A stretch of 51,653 nucleotides of DNA, taken from Bigelowiella natans CCMP2755 (taxonomy: Eukaryota > Protista > Cercozoa). The stretch is taken from the NCBI GenBank assembly GCA_000320545.1, contig ADNK01002687.1, positions 1-51,653 on the forward strand, read 5' to 3'. The position numbers and the translations under genes are program-made. A model generated the notes under the pieces. The model searched no databases. It was given only the letters and a program-made list of their open reading frames with translations, and was not told the DNA's origin. Positions 12,163 to 23,955 of this stretch are shown here, one piece after another (positions within the stretch are counted from its first letter, which is position 1; the number at the start of each line of letters is the position of its first letter).

Positions 12163-12914
12163 CTTGCTGGTGGCATACAACCTATGTACATAATGTGATA
12201 AGTTCGTTGGTCGAAGCAATGGTCGGCACACACGCCACGGTCACGTGATAAAAATGAGCTAACACAACATGTGCATGCATTATTAGAGCTCAGTTAGTCT
12301 ATAAGTCAGCTTCCACGCTAGCATGGTCCGAGCATGGTCCGTTTCTGGCTTTCCGGCCACTGAGCAAATTCGATGCGAAACTACCGCCTGGTTTATACAT
12401 GCTACGCTGCCAGTGCAAGGTATGTGTGTACACACTTTATGATGAATCGTCACTGCCGATCGAACCTGTCTAGCTGCGTTCCCTACATGCATGCATGTAC
12501 CCGCTCTCGCTATCACAGCTTGTTTGCTCAGCGTTCTAATAGCTAGCGTTGCTTTGGGTAGCATACGACACATGCTTTCGCCTGCGTATTAGCTTCGTAG
12601 CTTCATCATCACTTCATTGCTGCAGTAGCTTGAGCCTAGCATCTGTGCCGCCGGGCTTGTGTCTAAGTCATGGGGATACACAGCAGCCCACATGTCTATA
12701 TGTACTTGTGCGCACGGCACACATGCCTGTCTAGATGTGCATATGAATGCGTGTTGTTTTATATTTTGTTTTTATTTGGACGACAAGTATTGCTAGATTG
12801 CCCAGCTTCCTAGTTGGCTATACTACTAAATCAATAATAAAACTGATAACTTTACAATGTGCCCAACGGCTTAAAACTGAATTTCTTTATAAATCCAATA
12901 ATCATTCACAACGT

Positions 12915-14224
12915 CTACTGGAAGAAGGACCTCAATAAAGGTGCCTTTCCCTTTCTATCTAGAATCATCAAAACATTTACATCATCTTCACCAAGTTCTA
13001 CTTTCTCAACTTCAACGGCGAGACATTCTCCTTGTGACAGCTTTCCTTCTTTTAGACCCGGTGACCTTTTGAGATCGTTGTAAAATAAAACCTTCTTGTA
13101 CCATGCTATCATTTCTAGGCCTGTTAGAACAGACAATACTGTAGAGGGTGAAGTCTTGGAATATGATGTTACAACATCAGCGTCGTTTGTAAGTGGAGTG
13201 TTTCCAAACAAGAGTTCGCTAATTGTACTCTCGACTTCGACCAATGTGCTCGATCTTCCCCATGCCAGCACATGCGGAATGATACCGAATGTCGCCCCAG
13301 TAAGAGCAGCTTTTGCTAGTATCGCACGCTTGCTATACTGCTCATGTAGGCGACGATGAAAGTAGATTTCAGCAGTCTTATCGAAATTGCGGTCCATTCG
13401 ACACCTCATTAGTGCCTGTCGGTTCACTCGCTCCCGCAGTTGCCACATCTGAAAAAGGGAAATGCAAAGTAAGTGATAGTCATTCGAATTTTTTTGACAA
13501 TGTAATTAATGGGAAATGTATAAGATACCTGCACACATTCGTGAATACTAGTGAACTGCGTTGTGTTGATGCCGCGATTTGAATTGGGTGCGCCCCCCCA
13601 TCGTATCTCGAACAGTTTCTCATCTAAGGCTTTCAGTGCCTTAACCCTATTGGCCGGATTTAGCAAGAGTTGTATTCGATCCCTTTTTGCGAGCTGGAGA
13701 TCTATGTTGGATATTGCTGACCACAGCATCCATGTCGATCGCGCGGACCAAGCAACCTAAAACGATCATGAACACTTTGTGAGAAAAATCAACTGAAAAA
13801 TACAGATGGTGCTTCTGTGTTGTAGAACATTTCTAAATGTACAATACTATAAGCTTACCCGTCCGCTGACTCGGCTTATGCTTCGAGGAATGGATAAGGC
13901 AATGACACAGGCGTTGGCTGCATGATGCAGAATGGGAACAATCGTTGAATGAAAGCCATTCTGTGGACCAATTTTGCCTACATGATTACCATTAAAAACA
14001 TGGACACGTAAGCTAACCAATATATTCTCATCGAAAAATACTATTAAGTAGCCATAGTTCCTAAAATCAGGGGGGGGGGAAGAGAGGGAATGATCCACCT
14101 TCCGAAGCCATGCTCTAAATCCAAATCTGATACATTCGACGAATGCCATCTTGCGACACGATAATATCAAGACGTAGTCTGTAATTCGGACTGATTTCCA
14201 TTGATTTCGAGATAGAAAATCCAT
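12915..14224 (-). CDS. Hypothetical multi-exon protein, possibly membrane-associated
   Basis: Phase-0 joins R|VAWSARSTWMLW...IHECVQ|MWQLRERVN...RSFFQ* across GT-AG introns; hydrophobic AILAKAALTGATFGIIPHVLAW. First exon uncertain. Confidence 0.6.
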
Positions 14225-14559
14225 ACTCGTATACTGTACACTTATTATTTGCTTCGCACAACGTTTAAAAGTCTGTTTTTTTTAAAGCTTGTTATCACCT
14301 CGCGACAACCTAATTATCCTGTGGGACCTAGCAAGATTGTCGTTTTTGTGTTGAGGTACCCCCCTCCCATGACACCATGTAAGTGGTGTACCCCTCGTAA
14401 CTTGCACAAACTCCTAGACCTAGGAGAACAACAAGCACCTGCAAATGGCGGGAAAGACGATCGTGTCCAAAATCCCGAAGAGGCACATGAATTTTATTCT
14501 TGCGACAAAATAATTACGATGTCGCATGCTCAAAATTCCTTTCATTTGAACTGAATTTC

Positions 14560-15985
14560 ATCTTCACTCACCTTCACAGGAAGTCCTTGCAATGATGTTT
14601 GTTGAGGCTGCTGCGTGCACATGCCTGTCTCCCATGTGGTTCTGGCGCATGTAGTTTTGATCAATGCTTTGTTCAATGTTCAATGTTCAATCTGCAAACC
14701 AGCAAGCAACTTGTGATTCACAGCCTTGAACAGCAATTCTCGCTCAGTGAGAGAGACAGACAATTGTTCTGTTCATTGTTCATTGTTCATTGGAGACAGA
14801 GTGGCCTGTCAAGGAGACACAATTGAGGAGACGTCAGAAAGTTGCGTCATCAGCAGTGAAACGTCATTGCGGATTCGCACAAGCAGTCCAAGTAGCCAAG
14901 CAGCAATTTCAAAACTGTCATGGCGTCACATGGCAGCCCTCCAGCCCTGGCTAGCTAGCTAGCTCTGGAGCTGGCCATGCCTGCTCACAAGTTGTGACTT
15001 GGAAGTTGCATCAAAGTGCCACACAAACTCTTCTTTCCTCATTGAAAGATCGTGTCACCATCACTTGTGGATGATGGACACAGCAATGCACAACATGCAT
15101 GCGTCATGTGGCTCTCTAGCTCTCAGCGCCGTTCTCGCACACTTGACAATTGATGACACCCTGCAAGCTGGCAACAATTTGTGATGACTTGCCACGTGCA
15201 CATCGATGCGACTCACGTTTCTCACCCAGCAGCTGACCAGAATCAGAGGACCTCCTGGTTTGACGATGAGAGCAGTGAAGAGAGGAAGAAACAGGTGAGT
15301 CAAGACTAGCAAATCAGAGGGGGAGAATTGTGAGAAAACGGACAGAATCGAAGGTAGGAAGTTTCGACATTGCTTGCGTTGCACCATGAAACTCCAGCTG
15401 AAACGTGATGTCACACCACTGTTTTCCCACCCCACGTCGAGGCTAGCGAGCTAGCGAGTCTGCAACGTCCAGACATGGCGACAGAATGCAACTCGTGCTG
15501 GCGGGATCCCCGACCCTCTCCAGCTCTGAAAGGCAACTTGCCAGATCGGAGCAATGTGTTGACGTGCACACCAAGCTAGCAAGCAGTCCTAGAGTCTAGC
15601 AGTGGCAATCGACACGATCATCATTCACATTGCACACACATTGCTAGCTAGCTGTGCTAGGTTTCAGGATTGGCAATTTCTGAATTTGGCCATCTAGCAA
15701 TGCTGGCATGGCATCACGGCACTGCTTTGTTTGTCGCGTAGCATGGCCTGTTCTCTCGTACCTGCATGTCAAATCTTTGAGCAGCTGCTGCTGCTACTGT
15801 GCTGGCAATGATGCTCTAGTACCATGTGGACGCATGCAAATGTGCAAATCAACAACAGAAAGCCTGAAAGAACAGCATGAGCACGCAGAGGAGCATGGTC
15901 GCCTCTCATTGGGCAGCCTTGCCGAAGCAGCATGGACACGACTAACAATTTCATCATCTAGAGCCACATCCGCATGCATGCGTAC
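14560..15985. other. TpA-depleted tract
   Basis: By eye, 17 TA in 14581-15720 (1140 bp): 14 CTAG and 3 GTAG. The adjacent 16021-16080 has 9 TA in 60 bp. Confidence 0.92.
14581..14792 (+). repeat. Dispersed copy of the 4263-4580 element
   Basis: aagtccttgcaa...gttgaggctgctgcgtgcacatgcctgtctcccatgtggttctggcgcatgtagttttgatcaatgctttgttcaatg, with (TTCATTG)n at ~14770. Confidence 0.9.
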
Positions 15986-16065
15986 CACTGTGAACAGATA
16001 ATTATAGACAACGTAATATAACATATTCATGATAAATATGACATTACGGTGTCTATTATTATAGG

Positions 16066-17337
16066 TCAAATAATTGTGCAGCACATTCCTGCTGATCCGC
16101 TCGTATAATCTTTGTTTTTTTTCCTCTTTGCTTGAATGGCATCATTTGCTACTTTCACAGCAGCATCAAAAAGCTCTTTCAAACCTTCACCTTTGTTCAA
16201 AGCTGAACACTCGAGATACATTGCTGCACCGAGTTTTGCGGCCATAGTTGCACCCTTCGTGTAACTGACAACATTCTTGTTCCTGGATGGGATGGGCACG
16301 TTTATGTAGAATGAAGGACAGAAATAAATTTTGAGTGTATTTGCTGCAATTATCATTTGGTGTTACTTTTGAAAAAGACAAGACTTTCAGTAACTAGAAT
16401 GCATCCAACAATCTTGGATGTTTAAAGCGCAACCACCAAAAAGAATATCGTGCGTGCGAGTTCTAGGCATGGTTTTCCAACGCGTTTCAAAAATGATATC
16501 TCTAACGATTGATCCGTCCACCTTTTAGTTGATATTGATTTCCTCTCTTGAGAGTTTCTCAAATCTTTCTACTCATAAAGTAAATTAGTTGTTGTTGTAA
16601 CTTCAATTTATGAATACAACCTTCAATCCCACAATTATAAAAGGGGCGTTTGGGTAAAGTTCTGTAACTTCAGAATGCCACTTTTTCTGAAGGCTTTCTA
16701 AGGATGACGGTGAATCAATAGAGAAACAAAAAAGGAACACATCGGTTTCTGCGTAGGATAGAGGCCGAAGTCTCTCGGAAGACGATGATGGGGCTCCATC
16801 CCCAGCGACATCCCATAAATTTAATCTGATGTGGGTGCCGTATGTTCTATGAATTAGTGCATGTTAGTTAGCACTGCAAAAAAATTTTGGGCTCAAATTA
16901 CTTGAATTTATTGTCATCCACCACAACATTGACCGTGTGACTGTTGAAGATCGTCGGGGTATGTTCTTGGGGAAACGTGTTTGTGGTGTAGGTAACTAGT
17001 AAACTAGTCTGGTACAGTAGCATACAAACGCAATGAGGATTAAGTGCACTTATTGTGCAATGAATTGTCATCACGAAGGCTTAATTTTTTTCCATCATCT
17101 TACAAAACCTTTCCAACTGCCCCATCTCCAACGACTACGAGCTTTATGTCTTAAGAGGAGTGTTAATCAGGTGTGAGTAGTCGTTATGAAATTTCTGAAT
17201 GGGCAAAATATGATGACATCGGAGCAAAGATTCTGTTTCTGTTGCAACTGTTAAAAGTAAAACTCCAGAAATTGCATAGATGCAATTGAATGACAAACAG
17301 TAAACTGAAGGACTGAAGGCATCCTACTACCTTGCAT
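16066..17337 (-). CDS. Rho/Rac-family small GTPase, atypical (6 exons)
   Basis: Spliced: MQ|DIKLVVVGDGAVGK|TSLLVTYTTNTFPQEHTPTIFNSH...|LNLWDVAGDGAPSSSSERLRPLSYAETDVFLFCFSIDSP...IVGLK|KDLR...|YLECSAL...KRKKNK...CCTII* (polybasic tail plus CaaX). Confidence 0.92.
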
Positions 17338-17619
17338 AGAGCTTTGTTCCAGATCTGAAACCCAGAGAATTATGAATATTTGTTTTACTGATATTTAGGC
17401 GCTACCTAGAACACCTTTGATTTCAGTTCTGCGACATCTGAAGTTGTTCCCCAAAGTACATGAATCCTTGACATTTTGTCAGTATTACCCTCATTCACAA
17501 CGATCTGCAATCTTTTCATGTTTTTAACTCACATGGGCTGTGCGTAGTTTGATTCCCTCTTTCCCCTGCAACCAAACGGAGAGGATCTATGTGGTGCGAC
17601 AGCCATTTATTCGTGTCGT

Positions 17620-18180
17620 ATTGACTTCAACAATGTGGATGGAGTGGATGGACTCAAACTCTGGATGTCAGTGGTCAACAAGCACGTGGTCGAGTTTGGG
17701 AAGTCTTGCACTTGATTGTGTGTGCCGAGCAAAGTCAACATTGTGCATGCCAGCGTGCACAACAACATTGGCCTCAATCAATTCACAGCAAACTCCAAGA
17801 GCTAGCAAGTCCAGGAGTGGGTTGGACCAGTGCACTTGATTCTCTGTGTTCACACCTAGTTCCTCCTCAAGCTAGAAGTTCCACTAGTCTAGAGTGGAAC
17901 AAGACTCATCAACTCTGGAACTCATTTAGGTGTTGAGGTGCAATTCTAGAATTCCAAACGTTGTTGACCCCAAAATTAGAAATGCCAACTTGCACATGAT
18001 GCCCTAATTTTTTTTGGATTCCCATGTGAGTCTCATTTGAGAATGTCTGCACTTGGTTGTGACATGCATGTGCATGTGGTGGCTAACATGATGAGCAACA
18101 TGGACACCAAAGCGAACGCGCATGACACATGGAGCTGAGTTTCGGAAACGTCATCATTGTTAGCCTCTATGAAATCCGTC
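17620..18180. other. TpA-depleted intergenic tract
   Basis: Few TA, mostly ctag (gctagc, cctagt, actagtctagag); TG/CA rich. Confidence 0.8.
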
Positions 18181-18193
18181 ATTGTCACTTCAA

Positions 18194-19411
18194 TCAAAAG
18201 TGTTTGTTTAGCTCTTTGATGTAGCCATCAATCTCACGAGAAAACTTTTCTTTTGAATGTCCCGGGAAATGAGCAAAACATACATCTTCTTGAAGAAATT
18301 TGTTGTAGAGAACTTTTTCTCTAAGTTCAAATGTTTTTCTGATGTCGTAGAAAGACATGACTTGAAACATTCTACCTCTATAATCCAAAGTAACCTTGTC
18401 TTTATGATCTAAGAAATAGTGCCAGTAGTAATATTGATCTCCAGGCTTCATTACGTGCTCTTTCTGAAACCTTTTCAGTTTGTCTTTGTTTTCCCTAGAC
18501 ATCATGGCATAAAACTTTTCGCCAATTTCATCTACCATTTCTTTTAGAGCACTTGCAGGACCAATAAAGTTTCCGGAGTTGAGATATTTCAGACCATCAC
18601 CGTGCATACCATATTTTGAAAAGTCTAGGGTTTGGGGATATGGCCTATCAGTGAAATTCTGTACTGCATTTAGCTTTGGTTTGAGCTAATCACATTAATA
18701 CAATCAGCTAATGATAAAATTGATAAGGAATTAAAAAAAAAACCTGTGGCTTAGAATCCAGGGCCCAATTTGGTATTTTCGGTATTTCATTTTCGCGATC
18801 GTAATTTTCGTGACAGTTTAGTTCGGCGCCAAAGACAATCTTTGCTCCAGTTTTTCTTTTGATGAAGTTATATTCCTCCAAAATCTATTGGATTCAGTTG
18901 TAAATATTCAGATTTCTTCATAGATTTATATGAAGGGTATCGATAGACCTGTTTGGCTGGGCACGATTTTGCAAAGAATACATCTGAGTCAATGAAAATA
19001 ATAAGCTTATCTGGATTTTTCTCAACTTCGTCATTCAGAAAATCCTGGACGACGTGGACCTAAAGGGATTGTAAGTGAGATACTTTCAAGAAATTTCCTT
19101 TGGTGTGATACCTTATCCTTAAATCCACCCCATTTGTGTCCTTTACCTAATCTTTTGAAACGACCTGGTGCACTTCTTTGTAAAAGGGTTTCTGATAAAT
19201 CTCTTGTTTCTGCGGTAATTATTAGAATCTCCTCCTGGCCATCCTCAATGAAACCCGTTTCCAATCTCGAGGCACTGAGGAACAGAGGCTCTTCTTTTCC
19301 TTTAATCGTACTGCTTTCGTGAATAGTAGATAATGGCTCCCTTTTCCAATATGCTTGGGTGAGGAGAGGAAGGAAAAGAAGGAGAGCGTATGAGGAATTG
19401 GAGACCACCAT
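18194..19411 (-). CDS. Secreted PLOD (lysyl hydroxylase) N-terminal-type glycosyltransferase domain protein
   Basis: Signal peptide MVVSNSSYALLLFLPLLTQA; KWGGFKDK; IIFIDSDV; IVFGAELNC; KYLNSGNFIG; GDQYYY; VTLDY; AHFPG. Confidence 0.8.
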
Positions 19412-19919
19412 GATTTCCTGCAAACGAACAAATGTGATTCTTTCTGAATTTGTTCTGAATCAGAAGAAGTACCAACGCTTATCTCATGAACATTGAATTA
19501 GATATTGAACTTATGAGTTGTCTCAGCTACTTTTTTGAGGAGATTCTGTGGGGAAAACAGCACATTTTCCGCATATATAAAGCACTACCCACATATATCG
19601 ACAAATTCTGCTCTAATTCAGCAACAACTTGCAACAGTTTCGTACTCCTCCTGGAATGTCGTAAGTGGCAGCTACTGGCCTGAATTCTAACCCTACCCAA
19701 TCCCATCAAATCCCCAGTTCGTGGTGCGCACTTACACCTTGACATAAGTCTAAATTTTCGAGGATATTTCACGAAATATATGAAAAATAACGGCAAATGA
19801 CGGATAAATCTTGAGAATGTAATTTTCGCGCCAAGGCATTTGCTTTTTAGAACATCAGTTATTTCCCAGATACTTTTTAGACTATTGGATCTCAACCCAA
19901 TTTTTGCTCTGTACTGATC

Positions 19920-21336
19920 ATGAAAGATGCCCGCCCCCCTCCCTGGCTACGAGTGGATAGGGGTGTGGGGATCGGCACTGTATTTCTTCTTATGCTTATT
20001 TACTACTCGACGTATACCTCTCGCGGTTGGTATGACCATTTGAGGGCTAGTGTGATGTCTCGAGGGAAGGGATACCAGGGCATTGCCTACAATCAGGCAA
20101 TGACTTATATTTCACTTTGTTTTGCTATCTAGTGCAGAGAGTAGAGAGTACACCAACAGAACAAAAGTAAAAGATAGAAAATGAAAATTATAGGAATATG
20201 GAGAACTTAAATATAGTATAGTACAATGATATCGATCGCTTGGCTACGTAACATTAACTTATCCGTTCCAAAAGCTCATATCTCGCTCATTGCTCAAACT
20301 CAGGCTACTCGTGACTTTCCTGCCGATCTATTCACACGACACTGTCCTCCCTTTGATAGCCATATCTCGCACGTGAACCAAAATCGCCACAGTCTCGCTC
20401 TCTCTCGCTCTCGTCTCAGGCTTCGGGCAGCAGCTGAGGAAGGTTTTAGGTACTTTGAATATGAAAAACCGCCATATTCCTACGTACGTTGTCGTAATCC
20501 AACCAGGTAGCATCCATAATCTCAAACCACAACACATAAACCAGCAGCAATTCCCGAAACACGGACGCGAACTCGACCGAGATCACAGGGAGGCGGGCAA
20601 TGAAAAGTGTGGTCACCAAATGGGGTTTGCGCGCTGGCTTGGCAGTGGCGGCCTTCTATGTCGTTCAGGCCATATCGTTATACAGAGATGCGGATAGTGC
20701 TTTAGATTTAGGCGGGAGGGGCGGTGGAATCCCTGGAGGAAGGTGGGGAACGATGCAGGCTGAGATGCCTATGCCGAGTGATGCAGATCTTGCGTTCCCA
20801 CGGGTGATTATAAGCATTATTCTTTTACGTGTCGTACATGTTAATGTGAAACATTGTGTCAATCTTGTGTGTTGAGGAACGATGAAGGTTTAACTATAGA
20901 CATGTATGATGTTTCCTCTGTAGAATGGCACGCTGAATGAGGAAGAAGCGTACTATTTTATGGCGTGGGGGGACAATCTGAGGAAGAATCAGTCAAAACG
21001 CGAAATTATTGACCTTCTCACATCTCTAGGGTACGTTATCGAGAATATTATGACTATGATAATCGTAATACTGATGACGAGATTTAGTGACTGTTTTCAT
21101 CGTCCAAAATTTCGATTGGTTGAAACCTTCTTGACGAATCTATCCTGCAATGGAGTGCGTTTCAAACACAATCAAGAGCTGTTTCGTAAATCTTTATTGT
21201 GACTGGTCACCATCATCAATCGCGGTTCTATCTTTTCAACGAAACTACAGATTCGACCGTGATCAGCTGAAAAGGATGCCTAAGGACTTTCTCGTGAACA
21301 TCTACCTTGAGCACACGTACAACCTAGTCACTTCTC

Positions 21337-21389
<53 letters not shown>

Positions 21390-21816
21390 TGGCAACCTTA
21401 AAGGGTGCACATAATTATTATCGCGCACACGCACTTTCCTCACCTCCCATTTCTTTTTTCATCTTTTATTTTCTCACAGACTAAAGGAAATTAGGAAGCG
21501 TAAAATGGCCAACATATCTGTCAATGCTATAGGTAAGATGCCACTGCCACTGCATAATTCAGCTCGATGTAATAATATTGAGGCAGCACTCGCTTTCTTC
21601 TTATTCAATATTTCCTATTGTTTATATTTTTATAACACTATTTAGAGATGACACCAGTAGGAGCGGAAGGAAAACTGCAGCGCAGTAGCAGCAAAGTCCA
21701 AGCTTCAGCCCCCCAAAATAGCGATGAAGCAGACGGACAGAATATGGAATGGAACGTAAGTAGTTTGAACCAGTTTTGGGTTTTCATGATGGTGTGTCTG
21801 TGTCTGTGTCTGTGTC

Positions 21817-21847
<31 letters not shown>

Positions 21848-21863
21848 GTATTTGTATGCGTGG

Positions 21864-21894
<31 letters not shown>

Positions 21895-22563
21895 TGGTGT
21901 GTGTGCGCGCTCGCGATGTTTTGTACGTCTACTATTCTAGAAAGTATGCATGAATGGATCGCAGCAGCAGCGCTATTTCGAGCCAGTGATGAGGTACTAT
22001 TGATATAATGTATTTACAAAGGATCCTGCTGCCCTTCAGTACGGTATCGTGCCTTACAATCCGAAAAACTACTCCAACGACGAAATGTATCGCATGGCAA
22101 AGAAGGTAGATAGACAGACAGGCTATCGCGCCATGTTTTACAGTCGGGTTCAGATACTGATGCAAGCTTTCATTGAGAATATCGATCAAATTTCTGGTTC
22201 CAATAGAGGGATTATACTGTAAACGATGTTATACGGAAACTCTGGCTTCGGTCGATTTGCGATTCTCATCATTACTTTTCCCTTTCTTCTTCATCTATGC
22301 CTCCTTCTACTTCGACTGTTCTTTGTGTTGTCTATCTAATCTGCTCTATGTCTTCTTCCTCCACTTTCTCTGGCTGCTTTTCTAATGTAAATTAGATATT
22401 AGGAAGAGATATGCCTTCAAGAAAGGAGTTCGACGAGATCATTCAGGTAGCAACGGCTTCAATAAGTAGTTGCAGTTAAAAACATTAGCTTCAGTATTGT
22501 AATTTGCAGGAGAAGGATGATCCTTACTTTAAGCCGGCCACATCATCAGATCTAGGTCGCTGA
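19920..22563 (+). CDS. Orphan multi-exon protein with putative bipartite plastid presequence plus RR/hydrophobic segment
   Basis: About 10 exons join in frame (first donor is GC at 20097): ...GIGTVFLLMLIYYS...|...SLALSRSRLRLRAAAEEGF|...ITGRRAMKSVVTKWGLRAGLAVAAFYVVQA...|...DPAALQYGIVPYNPKNYS...|EKDDPYFKPATSSDLGR*. Confidence 0.65.
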
Positions 22564-22779
22564 ACACTAATCTACCCATTCTAATTTATGTAAACAAGCA
22601 CCCGAATAGTTTACAAATTTCTGTGCATAATACCAGGTGTTGAAGCGGCTGAACATATTTTCTCAGAGTATTGGGAAGTAGCCAAGAAATCAAGTTCGAA
22701 TGTCACCGAGGATCCAGGAATCACCTCAGAAGGATATCTTTCGTAGTAGACTTTTGATGGCGTATGCACAACTGCTACC

Positions 22780-23820
22780 ACATGTATACGTAGCACAGTG
22801 TGATACATTGCCATTGTGGATGCGACAGACTGCTACGATGCTGCATCGCAGCATGTGTGCACGTATGACGATTGCAAAGTAGGCTCCTAGTCTAACACGG
22901 CATAATGATCAAAACATCTCATGTTGCGATGCTACGCCGCATAACGTGTGTGCTCTAGCTAGCTAGTGCGCATACATCGCAAGACGATCATTGTTGACCA
23001 AACCACAAATGACACGTGTTTGAAGCATGCAATGTGAGGCTGTTAACTCATGATCCTAATTGATTTCGCCAGCTAGGTGTCACTCACCACACGGTCCAAC
23101 GTCTGCATGTGCATGCATTCGCTAGATAGCTGAAGAAACACTCGACATGTCAACGATGCAGGCACCAGAGGCATTTTTCCACGCGCACACACACCGTGTC
23201 TAGCGTGTGCACGCAGCATGACAGTTCTGCGGTGTGTGTACGTGTGCTATCAGTTCCGCAGCTTCGATGCACATTTTCTTTCGTTGGTCACACGCTGGTG
23301 GTGCTGGTGCTGCGCCTCCCCACTGATGGGCACGGTTGATGCGGCGATCAATCGAACGAAGTTGCCAGCATGCCAGCGTGCTGCTCTGGTGCTCCTTCAC
23401 CAGTTCACTTCGTTCGATGTCAATCAGATTGGTCAAGATCCTGAGCATCACTCGGTGTGATGAGCGATCCCACCATTCCGGCACTTCTTGGCTCGATCGA
23501 ACAGACCTGAAGACCAGCAGAGTTCACCTCGTTCGTGCATGGCGGTGCCCAGGCTCAACGGCTCAACTAGCAAGCTAGCTAGCAAGCCAGCAAGGAATGG
23601 CATCGATGATTCTGCTTTTTGATCTTTGGATCGTGGCAGAGTGCTCAAGATTCAATGACTGTGTTCATGTGTTTACTCCAACTTCCAACACGATGTTGGC
23701 ACTGCTGTCATGGCTGCAGGGTGAACCCGGATTCAAGATCCCGCGAGAGTCACTCAAGACAAGCGCCTCACCAGAGCGTCTTTGTGTGAAGATTGCAGTA
23801 ATCTCGATTTGCAGCTGAAT
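22780..23820. other. TpA-depleted, CTAG-rich intergenic tract
   Basis: From ~23000 onward TA is nearly confined to ctag (ctagcaagctagctagc). Confidence 0.8.
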
Positions 23821-23955
23821 TTAGTCGTGCGACATGAAAAATAACCTCCTTTAACAAGATTAATACATATACTTACCGGTACTACTCGTACTCTCGCTCT
23901 TTACAGACCCCCTTCTCTTGGAACGAGATACGTCGTTTAAGACAGGGCGGCGAGG

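Noticed and set aside
14560-15985. CpG methylation decay or classical RIP as the cause of TG/CA excess
   Set aside because: CG is still common and TA is lost rather than gained.
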